Position numbers and translations under genes: made by a program | Shown: piece by piece, positions 1 to 9,553 of the stretch | Numbering within the stretch: position 1 is the stretch's first letter | How the letters are laid out: each line of letters opens with the position of its first letter | Source: Escherichia phage vB_EcoM_E9.1 | Length of the DNA stretch: 64,000 nucleotides | Sequence record: PP886230 | Direction: 5' to 3' (one strand) | The notes under the pieces: model-generated | Database searches by the model: none | Seen by the model: only the letters and a program-made list of their open reading frames with translations | Told to the model about the DNA's origin: nothing

Positions 1-577
1 AGTAGGCAGAGGAAGTCTGCCGTACTTTGTAGTTTCCAAGCTCCTTTTCCATTTTGTAAATTACATCAAATGTAATCAAAAGTAATCACGCAATGATTAG
101 TACTGAATTATTACTTTCACCTTAATTACAATTACCCTTTTACCCTTCGGGGTAAAATTCAATTACCCCTTGAGGCTCCAGCAAAAAGTTGGTTAGTACT
201 CCATCCTAAATCTCGATCCTAAAAATTTTGGAGTACCTATGAAATAAAAGTTGGATCTTCGAAAGTTGAAATTTACGTTGGGACGTTTATGATTTGTGGG
301 ATATAATGATGTTTGTAGACGGGTAGTTCTCAAGAATATCAGTACTGAATGGTGAAAGAAAGTTATTGACATTATGATTCAGTACTGTATAATGTTTTAC
401 ATAGAGAGATGAGTTGCCGCAAACAATTCATTCACTCTACCTCCTGTCGTGAGACAGTACAGAAAGATAGTTCCTCCAATGGGTGGTACATCTTTTTGAA
501 CCTCATATGAAAATTGTAATAACAGTACTGATATTAACAGAATGGTGTCAGTACTGATTTTAATCTAAAGCATTATG

Positions 578-597
578 CCACCAGCACAAGCTGGTGG
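578..597. repeat. inverted Chi pair CCACCAGC-ACAA-GCTGGTGG (perfect palindrome)
   Basis: Chi octamer and its reverse complement separated by 4 nt. Confidence 0.6.
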
Positions 598-719
598 ATT
601 CCCTCTAACAGTATTCAGTACTACATGATAGTCTTCATCCTCCTAGGGTAACATAGTGAGGGCTATGATGGCAGTACTGAATACTCCCTTTCAAAAGATA
701 GATCTATGGTATAGTACTG

Positions 720-905
720 ACGGATTTTGGGCGTAGTTACCCTGGATGGATTTTGGACGTAGATATGTCTAGCCCTCCAGAAGTCTGGAAGTAAAGATGG
801 CTATCCATCTAGACGGCTAAACGGCTAGATTTCTGGATGGCTAGACGTTTGGACGGCTAAACGGCTAGATGGGTACACGTCTGGAAGTATAGACGGCTAA
901 ATCAA
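720..905. repeat. iteron-like short direct repeats (gacggctaaacggctagat x2, tctggaagta x2, ttttggRcgtag x2)
   Basis: Direct repeats read from sequence; no ORF. Confidence 0.6.
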
Positions 906-1517
906 AATTTTATTTTGTTTTTCCAATAGTTCCCCTACCGCGTGGGGATAGTTTCCCCGCAGTATCTGAAGTTAGATTTTTCTGAATCTGGAATCATTAT
1001 CTTATAAACTGGGGGCAATGTCAACGGCCTGGCCGGATATTTTTAAAAATTTTTTCAGTACTGAATTTTGGGCGTAACTATGCACCCGATGGGCTTGAGT
1101 CTTTCTCGACTTGATGGAACTATTATACAGTACTGAAAAAATAAAGCAATACCCTGGAAGCAAAAAAGTTTTAATTAATTTGCTTGCTATCCTGGGCCGG
1201 ACTATGGTACTATATTTCAGTACTGAGAAAGTGCGTTTACCTGCTAGGGTGCGGGAGTCTATCCTTTTTTTATATCTTGAATTTTGGACGGATCTTCCCA
1301 CCCCCTGGGGTATCCGCTTTCTCGCGTCTATGTAGTAATTATACGCTTTTTCAGGATCAAGTCAATACCTAAAAACAAAATAATTGAAAATAATTTAACG
1401 CGTTTAAACGGCCCGTAACGCCCTGGATTGTTGGGAGTGGTGCAAATGTATAGCTTAGGTGTATTAATGCGTTAGAATGCGTCTGAGGCCGTTTTATGGG
1501 GTGTAGTAGTGATTTGG

Positions 1518-1610
1518 TTGATTCAGTACTGAATAATAGTACTCCTATATAGAAAGATAGTTCCCCTGGATTGATTCAGTACTGAATAATAGTACTCCTA
1601 TATAGAAAGA
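1518..1610. repeat. tandem direct repeat, two 40-bp copies each containing TTCAGTACTGAA
   Basis: Copy 1 1518-1557, copy 2 1571-1610, identical. Confidence 0.7.
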
Positions 1611-1641
1611 AAACTATTTTAAAAGTATTTGTAGAAAGTAC

Positions 1642-1669
1642 TTGCACCGTACTGATAAAAGCGTATAAT
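1642..1669 (+). promoter_or_regulatory. sigma70-type promoter (TTGCAC-N16-TATAAT) plus downstream leader hairpin
   Basis: -35/-10 hexamers; hairpin gcgggaa..ttcccgc follows; this cassette recurs before most early genes. Confidence 0.6.
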
Positions 1670-1725
1670 GTTTTACATCGAGAGCGGGAACACTTCCCGC
1701 TACACTTTAAGAGAGATTAATACGA

Positions 1726-2087
1726 TGGCAACTCAAATCACCAAAATTATTGCTAACCTGGTTAACTTCCGCGACGAGATGAAAGATCTTCCGGCGGCGA
1801 CGGTTAAAACTCACATTGACGCATACCGCGAACTGATTAAAATGCTGCCGCTTAAGCGTGAACAATACGCCGCTACCGTGATGCTTGATGCGATGATCCA
1901 TAAGATGATCGCCAGTGATTTGACGATGGTTTATCAGTATATGGGCGAAAATTTCGCGGTGTGTAGTAAGCCAGTACCAGGGATGGCAACAACTGAGGAA
2001 TTGCACGGCTTAAACTTAAAACAAGATGCATGGGATAATATGCCTCGTTTCCTGGTATGGGCTGACAGTGGCAAAATTTACAAATAA
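1726..2087 (+). CDS. hypothetical early protein
   Basis: ORF with promoter, leader hairpin and SD upstream; the track ORF from 1668 begins inside the promoter. Confidence 0.65.
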
Positions 2088-2101
2088 GTTTAATAAAGTA
2101 C

Positions 2102-2129
2102 TTGCAAACTATGTTTAATGGCGTATAAT
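2102..2129 (+). promoter_or_regulatory. sigma70-type promoter (TTGCAA-N16-TATAAT)
   Basis: Consensus hexamers followed by leader hairpin ggtggggaa..ttccccac. Confidence 0.6.
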
Positions 2130-2182
2130 GTTTTACATCAGGTGGGGAATAGTTCCCCACTATATAAGAGGATTAAAAAAAA

Positions 2183-2422
2183 ATGGCTAAATCAAAAATG
2201 TTCTTAGGTCACAAAAACAAAACTCATTGGAATGTAAGCCTGTGGATTAATAACGATGAGGGATTGTATCGGTTGGCCCTGGACTTTATTGCCGCCAATA
2301 CTAATCGCAATGATGCGGCCCGTCATATGATGTTATTTTTAGAACAGACTGGACAAGATAAAACACCGGACGGATTCAAATATAGCACTACTGCGATCCG
2401 TGCGGCGATGGTTGGAATGTAA
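2183..2422 (+). CDS. hypothetical early protein
   Basis: ORF 79 aa, SD aagagga upstream. Confidence 0.65.
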   Translation: MAKSKMFLGHKNKTHWNVSLWINNDEGLYRLALDFIAANTNRNDAARHMMLFLEQTGQDKTPDGFKYSTTAIRAAMVGM

Positions 2423-2510
2423 TAGAATAGAATTTATTTAAAGTACTATTGCACGGGGATAGTACTTTATAATAGTGTTTTATTCATACACCAACGATAA
2501 GGGCAACAGC

Positions 2511-2777
2511 ATGAATATTAAGTATTTTGCGACGCGTGAACAAGCTCGGATCGCCGCTCGCCAGGACGGGGCAACGTTTAAAGATATGGGCGTACAATCG
2601 GAACGTGGTAAACGTTGGGCCATTGTAAAGCGTAGTACCGCCAGATCATTACAGTACTGGTTAGCGGCCTTAAAAAGTCCCGATAGTGTATCGCGTCGAG
2701 TGGTAGAAATAAAGCTCGACCGAAAGGGCAACCGCGTGACCGTGTACCGTACTAAAAAGATTGCAGTACTTGAATAA
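2511..2777 (+). CDS. hypothetical early protein, paralogue of 14728-15123
   Basis: Shares FKDMG and DRKGNRVTVY with the later ORF; start moved to ATG after the promoter. Confidence 0.65.
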   Translation: MNIKYFATREQARIAARQDGATFKDMGVQSERGKRWAIVKRSTARSLQYWLAALKSPDSVSRRVVEIKLDRKGNRVTVYRTKKIAVLE

Positions 2778-2784
2778 AAAGTAC

Positions 2785-2812
2785 TTGCAAACTATGTTTA
2801 AAGGCGTATAAT
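2785..2812 (+). promoter_or_regulatory. sigma70-type promoter (TTGCAA-N16-TATAAT)
   Basis: Consensus hexamers plus leader hairpin. Confidence 0.6.
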
Positions 2813-2864
2813 GTTTTACATCGAGAGCGGGAACTCTTCCCGCCTATAACCTGGAGTAATAAAA

Positions 2865-3095
2865 ATGACTAATATGTATATGACTGAAGTTAAAACCGTA
2901 AAAGATACTACCACGAATAAAACTACTTACTTACAGCGGATCTGTGGTGTATGGCAACGTATCAGCAAATCAAAGTACTTTAAATTAACATCATATGCAA
3001 ACCGTTCTGATTCATTCAGTACTGAAATAAAAGGTAATAAAGTACACCAATACGGCACTTATTATTATTACAGCCTGGACGCGATTGCAGTATAA
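2865..3095 (+). CDS. hypothetical early protein
   Basis: ORF 76 aa; SD ggagt upstream. Confidence 0.6.
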   Translation: MTNMYMTEVKTVKDTTTNKTTYLQRICGVWQRISKSKYFKLTSYANRSDSFSTEIKGNKVHQYGTYYYYSLDAIAV

Positions 3096-3123
3096 GCAGT
3101 TTACAAATCTTTACAATTGCCGG

Positions 3124-3205
3124 TATTGACTTATTTTGTCAGTACTGGCATAATGTATTCATTGGCAGATAAGCCGTAGCCCATAGGGTGCGGGAGTGTA
3201 TCTAT
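3124..3205 (+). repeat. promoter-containing repeat element (REP copy, variant): TTGACT promoter followed by conserved core cccatagggtgc
   Basis: Matches the elements at 9337, 11025, 13372, 16361 and 18622. Confidence 0.55.
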
Positions 3206-3344
3206 AGAAAAATTAGTTTAGTATAGTTACAATTGTGCACCCGGTGGGTTAGCTGTTGTCATGGGGTATATTATGCCAGTACTTGATAATGCTGTCAATA
3301 CTTTTTTTTACTATCCAGTACAGAAAACTATTTTTAAAAAGTAC

Positions 3345-3372
3345 TTGCAAACTATGTTTAAAGGCGTATAAT
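3345..3372 (+). promoter_or_regulatory. sigma70-type promoter driving a short non-coding transcript
   Basis: TTGCAA-N16-TATAAT; no ORF before the next promoter. Confidence 0.55.
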
Positions 3373-3377
3373 GTTTT

Positions 3378-3460
3378 ACATCAGGACGGGGGAACGAAAT
3401 AAGTAACTTCCCGTTAAGTAGCCCAGGAGTAAGGCACACGAAAAACTCCCCTGATAAAAT
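3378..3460 (+). ncRNA. candidate small RNA (copy 1), about 85 nt between two promoters
   Basis: Conserved sequence with compensatory-looking stems (acgggg..ccccgt, atcagga..tcccctgat); second copy at 13532-13612; no ORF. Confidence 0.35.
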
Positions 3461-3463
3461 AGT

Positions 3464-3491
3464 TTGACAAATGTTTTTAAAAGCGTATAAT
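3464..3491 (+). promoter_or_regulatory. sigma70-type promoter (TTGACA-N16-TATAAT)
   Basis: Consensus hexamers. Confidence 0.6.
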
Positions 3492-3523
3492 ACTTACATC
3501 AACTACTGAATGAGGGTTACAAA

Positions 3524-4135
3524 ATGAAAACTATCACTACTACTACTTTCGTTATGGATTTTTCTGAATTGAACGCAGAACAAAAAACGTCAGCTATCGA
3601 ACTGGTTCGGGAACGTGAAAAAAACTCAAACGACAATTATTTTTCTGAAAGTGAAATTGAATACTATAAAGAAACAGTACTACCGGAATATGGCATTAAT
3701 GACGCTGAAATACAATTCAGTGGCTTTTGGTCCCAGGGTGACGGTGCATCAATCAGTACTGACCACGTTGACGCAGTGAAGTTTTTACGCAAGGTAAGAG
3801 CATTAACTAAGTATCGCTCAATCCGTCACTTGCTGAATGAAGATGATTTGGCGATGAGTGTAAAGCGTTCGCACTCCCACTACTCGCATGAGAATACTGT
3901 AAGCGGGTACATTGAATCGGCTTACACTGATTTAACCGCAAAACAAGAAACGTTAGTTAATGAGCTTGAGGAACTACTCACTGATACTATTCGTGAATTG
4001 TCCCGCAAGTTGTACCGTGATTTAGAGAATGCATATGAGGATCAATTCACTACTGAAAACATTACGGCACTGATTGAGGGTAACGAGTATCAATTCAATG
4101 TTATTGATGGCGTAGTGGAATCAATCGAATATTAA
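3524..4135 (+). CDS. hypothetical acidic protein (203 aa)
   Basis: ORF with SD gagggt; acidic composition. Confidence 0.7.
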   Translation: MKTITTTTFVMDFSELNAEQKTSAIELVREREKNSNDNYFSESEIEYYKETVLPEYGINDAEIQFSGFWSQGDGASISTDHVDAVKFLRKVRALTKYRSIRHLLNEDDLAMSVKRSHSHYSHENTVSGYIESAYTDLTAKQETLVNELEELLTDTIRELSRKLYRDLENAYEDQFTTENITALIEGNEYQFNVIDGVVESIEY

Positions 4136-4227
4136 TTTAAAAAGTACTTGCAAACTAAGTTTAAAAGCGTATAATACTTTATATCGAGAGCGGGAATAGT
4201 TCCCGCTACTAATGAGGAATACTACAA

Positions 4228-4392
4228 ATGAATACTTTTACCTTCGCTCAATTGAACGCCCTGGATGTATTGTCTGATGCTTTGCGGGATGCAACTGAAA
4301 GCGGTTTATTTGACAATGTTGACATTCACCCTGATGTAATTAATAATTTTTGTGATGCTATCGCAGAAGTACTGGAAGATCTAAAAAAATAA
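4228..4392 (+). CDS. hypothetical small protein (54 aa)
   Basis: ORF below the track cutoff with promoter, hairpin and SD gagga upstream. Confidence 0.5.
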   Translation: MNTFTFAQLNALDVLSDALRDATESGLFDNVDIHPDVINNFCDAIAEVLEDLKK

Positions 4393-4480
4393 TAGAAAGT
4401 ACTTGCAATTAGTTTTTAGTACTGTATAATGTTTTACATAGAGGGGAGAAATGGTTCTCCCTGGTAATGAGGAAAATACA

Positions 4481-4702
4481 ATGGCTAATATCACTACTCT
4501 TTCCCAACTGGAAGCACTGGTTAAATCTATGCGGGAACATGCCGACAATATCGGCGTAAAAGATCCAGCCGTTTGCTTCTGCGACGAATTGAATGATGAT
4601 ACCCTGGTAATAGCAGAAGTCCAGGACGTTTCTAACTATTCCTCGCGTTACACTGGCGGCGTAGCAAATAAAGGTGACTTCTGTTTATACCTTACCAAAT
4701 AA
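4481..4702 (+). CDS. hypothetical early protein
   Basis: ATG after the leader hairpin; the track ORF from 4451 starts inside the hairpin. Confidence 0.65.
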   Translation: MANITTLSQLEALVKSMREHADNIGVKDPAVCFCDELNDDTLVIAEVQDVSNYSSRYTGGVANKGDFCLYLTK

Positions 4703-4705
4703 CAA

Positions 4706-4737
4706 CGCGGGGAGATAATAACTCCCCGTTACTTTTT
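4706..4737 (+). terminator. rho-independent terminator
   Basis: GC hairpin cgcggggag..ctccccg then T-run. Confidence 0.6.
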
Positions 4738-4945
4738 CAGTACTGAATCATTTAATAGACGGATCTCGGCACCCGGTGGGTTAGTGACTGTTTCGTCTTG
4801 ATGTAGTAATTATGCCAGTACTGGATGCACTTGTCAACAACTATTTTTCAAATACTTTTTATTAAAATACTTGCTAATAGTTTTTAAACGCGTATAATGT
4901 TTTGCATAGGGGGAGCGGTTCCCCTGGTAACTAAGGAATAATAAA

Positions 4946-5182
4946 ATGCTTGAACAAATCAAATCAACGTCTGCGAATGTAACGGGAACGGTTGTACACT
5001 TTACTAGTGATGAATCGCGGGGCGTTCCCTATTGTGCTGTACATGTAAACACTGATGGCAACTACTGGTTTACGGTTTACGGATCATATTCATTTGGACG
5101 ACCAGGGCATCAAAAAATTCTGGATAAAGTACAGCCAACGGGTAAAAATATCACGGCTGAAATGTTTTATAAAAAATCATAA
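4946..5182 (+). CDS. hypothetical early protein
   Basis: ORF 78 aa with promoter, hairpin and SD. Confidence 0.65.
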   Translation: MLEQIKSTSANVTGTVVHFTSDESRGVPYCAVHVNTDGNYWFTVYGSYSFGRPGHQKILDKVQPTGKNITAEMFYKKS

Positions 5183-5267
5183 AGTACTTGATAATAGTTT
5201 TTAGTACTGTATAATATTTTACATCGCAAGGGGGTAATGGTTCCCCCTGGTAACTAAGGATAATCAA

Positions 5268-5567
5268 ATGAAAGTTGCATTCATCGCCCTGGCTTTATCT
5301 GTTTCCTCTTTTGCTGTTAATGCGTCGTTAGATGTAAGTAGTGAAAAATTCATTCAGTGCACTGTAGCAATGACAGATGAAAGTACTGGCGAGATTGTAT
5401 TAAAGGATCTGGAGATTCAGCCGGAAGCATTTAAAAACGGCCCGTTCCATGAAGAAGACGAAAACGGTAGCACAACAATTTATTATGATGCCAGTACTAA
5501 ACGCGGGTCGGTCACTGTTATGGATACTGAGAAAGTAACTCATACTGGCGTTATTAATTGCCGTTGA
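5268..5567 (+). CDS. putative secreted protein with N-terminal signal peptide
   Basis: N-terminus MKVAFIALALSVSSFAVNA is hydrophobic with an AxA-type site. Confidence 0.65.
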   Translation: MKVAFIALALSVSSFAVNASLDVSSEKFIQCTVAMTDESTGEIVLKDLEIQPEAFKNGPFHEEDENGSTTIYYDASTKRGSVTVMDTEKVTHTGVINCR

Positions 5568-5588
5568 TAGATACTACGGGGTAACATC

Positions 5589-5819
5589 ATGACTAAGCGA
5601 ATTGTTTTACTTAACGAAAGCAGTACTACACAACTACTTAACGCCGTGCATTATGATATTGAAACGAGCGTTAATCTTATCAGTACTGTAGTACTGTTGG
5701 ACACTGGAAAGGTCGCCAATGATAAAGCGATTGCAGGTATACTAACGGATCTTGAGCCTGGTAGCAGTGCACCAATAACGTTAAATGGTAAAGTGTTTAA
5801 TATTTTACTCACTGATTAA
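5589..5819 (+). CDS. hypothetical protein
   Basis: ORF 76 aa immediately downstream, SD present. Confidence 0.6.
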   Translation: MTKRIVLLNESSTTQLLNAVHYDIETSVNLISTVVLLDTGKVANDKAIAGILTDLEPGSSAPITLNGKVFNILLTD

Positions 5820-5825
5820 GTACAT

Positions 5826-5850
5826 AGCCCACCTGGTGGGCTTTTTTGTT
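5826..5850 (+). terminator. rho-independent terminator
   Basis: Hairpin agcccacctggtgggct then TTTTTT. Confidence 0.7.
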
Positions 5851-6050
5851 TTTGTAGTATCGTAGTACTGAGATACTTTGAAAATAGTTTTAAAAAAGTA
5901 GTTGACATTACCGCAGAAAAGCGTAGAATGTATTACATCAAGACGGGGAGCACTAAGTAGACCGCCAGTAAGTCGAACGAAAAACTGGACACGTCGAGAA
6001 AACTTTGATACACTAATAAACGTAAACTAAACTTTAATTGAGGATTTATA

Positions 6051-6533
6051 ATGGCTAATGTAAAATCATTCATCAAAGCACTGGTAGCAAATGAAACTAA
6101 CGTCGCGGCTGAGATCCTGGCTGAACTGGATAACGATACCATGAAAGCGGTACGCAATAATTTTAACATCGCGTACAGTACTGCGAAAGAACTACAAGCA
6201 AATAAAGCGGCAGAAATTGAAGCGGCAAAGGCGGCCCGTGAAGCAGAACTACAAGCAACAATCGAAAGTATCCAGGCGGCGGTGTCTGGATTGGATCTGG
6301 AAGTGGTTGTGGAAATGGCACATAAAGCCCTGGCGGTTAAGTATGGTGAAGATAAGCCAGAATCTAAACCCAAAAAATGGATTCAGGAACGCGTAGCGGT
6401 AGTACTGGACAACGGGGAAGAATATCTGATTCCGGTGCGTGGTAACTGTATTGCGGTAGTACTGGACGCTATCAAAGAAAGCGGTATGACTCGCGAGGAA
6501 TGGATCGAAGCTCATCGCAAAGTTGAAGCATAA
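6051..6533 (+). CDS. hypothetical Ala/Lys-rich protein (160 aa)
   Basis: ORF with TTGACA promoter near 5903 and a long leader; SD gagga. Confidence 0.7.
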   Translation: MANVKSFIKALVANETNVAAEILAELDNDTMKAVRNNFNIAYSTAKELQANKAAEIEAAKAAREAELQATIESIQAAVSGLDLEVVVEMAHKALAVKYGEDKPESKPKKWIQERVAVVLDNGEEYLIPVRGNCIAVVLDAIKESGMTREEWIEAHRKVEA

Positions 6534-6554
6534 CAATTAAAGTACTGAATCACT

Positions 6555-6582
6555 AGCCCACTGTATAAGTGGGCTTTTTTGT
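6555..6582 (+). terminator. rho-independent terminator
   Basis: Hairpin agcccactgtataagtgggct then TTTTTT. Confidence 0.7.
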
Positions 6583-6817
6583 GTTTATCGTTTACCAGGC
6601 CACCAGCACCGCCTAGAAACGATTCTAACGCATTAAACGGATTATCTGATGCATTGCCCTAGCTGGTGGCGTTAAGGCTGTAAGAACGCGATTGAGAGCG
6701 TTTAAAGTATTTTGCAAAAAGTAATAAAAAGTACTTGAACGATTAAGAGATTAGCGTATAATGTTTTACATCGAGAGGGGGAAACGGTTCTCCTTCCAAA
6801 TCAAAGGAATCAAAACA

Positions 6818-7045
6818 ATGGCTATTATCATTACTCGCGTATCTGGTACTACTGGCAACGAACAAGTAGTTGCAGTCATTACGAACAAGGCAGGTGCGGA
6901 ATTGCAAAATGCAATGAATACCTGGGCCGTTAATGAGTTCGGTCAGTGGGCAAGTGTAGCATACATTGAAACCTATCAAGTGCCGTCGATTAGTTTAACT
7001 GATTTGGGCGTTGAGCGTATCCTTTGCCTTGATGAATTAAATTAA
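6818..7045 (+). CDS. hypothetical early protein
   Basis: ATG after promoter and hairpin; the track ORF from 6761 starts in the promoter. Confidence 0.65.
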   Translation: MAIIITRVSGTTGNEQVVAVITNKAGAELQNAMNTWAVNEFGQWASVAYIETYQVPSISLTDLGVERILCLDELN

Positions 7046-7130
7046 AAAAGTACTTGCAAAGTAAATCGAATAAAGTATAATACATTACATCAAGGGGAGA
7101 AATGGTTCTCCCCACTACAAGGAAACTAAA

Positions 7131-7343
7131 ATGGCTATCATTACTAAAATCAAAGTTAGTAAATCACTGGTTAAACTTGAAGAAGTGAAAGAAGGTTATA
7201 AAGTATCTTGGTGCGGTATGTATCGGACGTTCGCAGATATAGATGATGCGATCAATTATTACACTGACACGGTTAAAAACTTTGTTCGTGCTGATGTGGT
7301 TATGGCAGTGGCAACATATAAAGCATCAAAAGAAAGTAAGTAA
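7131..7343 (+). CDS. hypothetical early protein, paralogue of 10287-10466
   Basis: N-terminus MAIITKIKV resembles MAIIAKTEI. Confidence 0.65.
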   Translation: MAIITKIKVSKSLVKLEEVKEGYKVSWCGMYRTFADIDDAINYYTDTVKNFVRADVVMAVATYKASKESK

Positions 7344-7424
7344 AAATATTATCACAGTACTATTGACATAGTTTGATAGTACTGGCATAATAACTTTTAT
7401 CAAGACAACTAAGAGGAAATTAAA

Positions 7425-7769
7425 ATGGCTAACATCAATACTATAGCAGCACAAAATATCAACCTGTCTTCTGTTGAAGTTGTACATATTGCCGCTCGGC
7501 GTTGGTTCCAGGCTTCATATGGTAACACTTATTTCTCTTTAAGTGTAGACGTAGAAATTGATGGTAATTTTATTGAAGTAGTAAACGTGCCGTTCCAATA
7601 TGGATACGGGGATCATTTTGACACTGTAGCAATGGAAGAATTTAGCAAGGTTATTAATATGGAAGGTAAAGAGTTTTTACGCGGTTCTTATCTTTCCCGT
7701 TTTTGCCGTGATAATAATATCACTGTTTATAGTTCTGTTAGTGATGTTAAACGCAAAAAAGATCTTTAA
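7425..7769 (+). CDS. hypothetical early protein, paralogue of 14309-14632
   Basis: Shared GNTY, YGYG and C-terminal DVKRKKD. Confidence 0.7.
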   Translation: MANINTIAAQNINLSSVEVVHIAARRWFQASYGNTYFSLSVDVEIDGNFIEVVNVPFQYGYGDHFDTVAMEEFSKVINMEGKEFLRGSYLSRFCRDNNITVYSSVSDVKRKKDL

Positions 7770-7849
7770 TTAGCTTTACTTTATGCAGATACTTTGATAT
7801 AGTGTCTGCATAGGGGAAAGAAATTAAATTAACTTAAGAGGATAGTATA

Positions 7850-8119
7850 ATGAAAAATATCAGTACTTTAATCGATGCAGGTACTCATGTTCGTCGGTCT
7901 ATGGTTGCAACCAGTACTACAAAACAAGTAGCGAGCGGTTATCTTGTATTTGTGCACGATGGTAAACTCCTGGAACGTTCAATCAATTTTGATGTTAAAA
8001 ACAATTGCCGTTTTATTATCTTTAAGCGTGAGCAATATAAAATTGATTTACCAGCAAAGCCCATTAGTGGGGCGTACAACGTGCAATCATTGTTTGAACG
8101 TCAACCATACACCTATTAA
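7850..8119 (+). CDS. hypothetical protein
   Basis: ORF 89 aa, SD aagagga. Confidence 0.6.
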   Translation: MKNISTLIDAGTHVRRSMVATSTTKQVASGYLVFVHDGKLLERSINFDVKNNCRFIIFKREQYKIDLPAKPISGAYNVQSLFERQPYTY

Positions 8120-8170
8120 TCAAAACATCGTTAGCGGTCGATTCAGGCCGCTTATATTGGGGATTATACC

Positions 8171-8443
8171 ATGAACGTTAATCAAGTACTGAATGAGATC
8201 GAAAGCATCATTAAACCGATGAAGCGTACTGATGCTATGTTAACACCGGAAGAATGCCGCCTTTATGAGCGTTACAGCGTCGAACAAGTCCAGGCAATGG
8301 CTATGGCTACCCCAGCCGTTAAACCGCCTGAGAATGCGTTACAGGACGTTACAGGGGATTATATCATCAATCCAGTACTAGGGAAGATGGCTGCAATCAC
8401 CGAAGATCAACAAGACTACTTAAGCCAGTACTTAAAAGGTTAA
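8171..8443 (+). CDS. hypothetical protein
   Basis: ORF 90 aa. Confidence 0.6.
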   Translation: MNVNQVLNEIESIIKPMKRTDAMLTPEECRLYERYSVEQVQAMAMATPAVKPPENALQDVTGDYIINPVLGKMAAITEDQQDYLSQYLKG

Positions 8444-8448
8444 TTAAT

Positions 8449-8658
8449 ATGCTTACTGTACAGGATAAGATCGACATCTTAAAGGTTAATATGTATGTGA
8501 TTGATGCAGAACCTGGTAAAGTATTTGCATACGATGATAGTACTGTAAGCGATTTCTACTATAGCCAGGCCGTGGGGGATCTTTCTGTACAGTCGGTTAT
8601 TGAAAACGTAGTTAATGCAGCGTATGAGCATTTACTTTCAAATAGTACTTGCAATTAG
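8449..8658 (+). CDS. hypothetical protein
   Basis: ORF 69 aa, closely follows previous gene. Confidence 0.55.
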   Translation: MLTVQDKIDILKVNMYVIDAEPGKVFAYDDSTVSDFYYSQAVGDLSVQSVIENVVNAAYEHLLSNSTCN

Positions 8659-8728
8659 TTTTTAAACGCGTATAATGTTTTACATCGAGAGCGGGAATAG
8701 TTCCCGCCTCACTTTTAAGGAATATGAA

Positions 8729-8875
8729 ATGAAAGCATCAAAAAAGAGTACTAACAAGAAAGCACGTTCAACCTTAGATGGGGTATTCCCTTTACGTTTC
8801 GTTGATGAAGTGGTTTCCTACCCGCCTGGCCTTACTCCTGAGATGGTAGAAAGTTTGCGTAAATCTAAAAAATAG
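8729..8875 (+). CDS. hypothetical small basic protein (48 aa)
   Basis: In-frame ATG with SD taagga 8 nt upstream; the track ORF from 8675 begins in the promoter. Confidence 0.55.
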   Translation: MKASKKSTNKKARSTLDGVFPLRFVDEVVSYPPGLTPEMVESLRKSKK

Positions 8876-8956
8876 TACTTGCAATTAGTTTTTAGTACTG
8901 TATAATGTTTTACATGAAGGGGAGAAATGATTCTCCCCAATAACAGGAGAAACAAA

Positions 8957-9109
8957 ATGAAACAATACAACGCTCGGTTTGATGTTACTATCGGTAACGG
9001 CAAAGGTCAATTCTCTTTCAGTACTCGCCGCAGTTATACAGAAAACTTCCTGCGTAATTGTGCATTGACCGCCGCTCAAATTAAACATTATTTTCAGGCT
9101 AAAAAATGA
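8957..9109 (+). CDS. hypothetical small protein (50 aa)
   Basis: ATG after SD aggaga; promoter and hairpin upstream. Confidence 0.55.
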   Translation: MKQYNARFDVTIGNGKGQFSFSTRRSYTENFLRNCALTAAQIKHYFQAKK

Positions 9110-9195
9110 GATCATTAGCTTATTACAGTTCGGCCCTGGTCGGTGCATTGATCGCGGCGTTGTTAGTAACCTATCTATTCTTTATGGTGATTTAA
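9106..9195 (+). CDS. putative single-pass membrane peptide (29 aa)
   Basis: ATGA overlap with upstream stop; hydrophobic sequence. Confidence 0.35.
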   Translation: MRSLAYYSSALVGALIAALLVTYLFFMVI

Positions 9196-9333
9196 ATGAA
9201 TCCTAACGGTATAATTTACAGTACTCCTAAAACGAAAGCAGACAAGGTAAACGCTAAAAAAGCGAAAGTAAAGGAGTACATCAAACAAGGAATGACACGA
9301 AAGGCGGCGATTCTAAAAGCTAAAAATAAATGA
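9196..9333 (+). CDS. hypothetical small Lys-rich protein (45 aa)
   Basis: ATG directly after previous stop (TAAATG). Confidence 0.35.
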   Translation: MNPNGIIYSTPKTKADKVNAKKAKVKEYIKQGMTRKAAILKAKNK

Positions 9334-9336
9334 AAA

Positions 9337-9432
9337 AGTGGTTGACTTCGGTCAGCCATTTTGCTATTATATATTCATTGAGAGATAGCTCACTAGCCCA
9401 CAGGGTGCAGGAGTGTATCTATTGTATAATGT
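9337..9432 (+). repeat. promoter-containing repeat element (REP copy)
   Basis: ttgacttcggtcag..ctattatat then ..ctagcccacagggtgcaggagtgtatc. Confidence 0.6.
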
Positions 9433-9553
9433 TTGAGTACTGAAAACTATTTTAAAGTATTTGATAAAAAGTACTTGCAAACTATCTCAATAAGCGTATA
9501 ATGTTTTACATCGCAAGGGGAAACGGTTTCCCCTAGTAATAAGGAAACGAATC

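Larger units (their letters stand above)
97..1230. repeat. cluster of palindromic TTCAGTACTGAA-type sites (core AGTACT) in non-coding DNA
   Basis: At least 11 copies of cAGTACTGa within ~1.1 kb of non-coding sequence; full 12-mer palindrome e.g. near 1052. Confidence 0.7.

Noticed and set aside
1002-1372. Three overlapping ORFs (1002-1301 minus, 1111-1335 and 1184-1372 plus) in the first non-coding region
   Set aside because: No promoter or SD context, mutually overlapping, and they lie in repeat-rich sequence. Likely spurious.
1668-1725. N-terminal extensions beginning MFYIE(S/R)G on several track ORFs (1668, 2475, 6761, 8675, 18352 and similar)
   Set aside because: These are translations of the promoter -10 and leader hairpin (tataATGttttacatcgagagcggg). 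The real starts are the downstream ATGs preceded by an SD.
3524-4135. Possible ArdA-like anti-restriction protein
   Set aside because: Only an acidic composition supports this; I could not identify a definite motif, so it is left as hypothetical.
5933-6536. Minus-strand ORFs 5933-6373 and 6249-6536
   Set aside because: They sit antisense to a plus-strand gene that has a clear promoter, SD and terminator.
7944-8174. Alternative-frame ORF overlapping 7850-8119
   Set aside because: No SD, and it overlaps the better-supported ORF and the start of the next gene.
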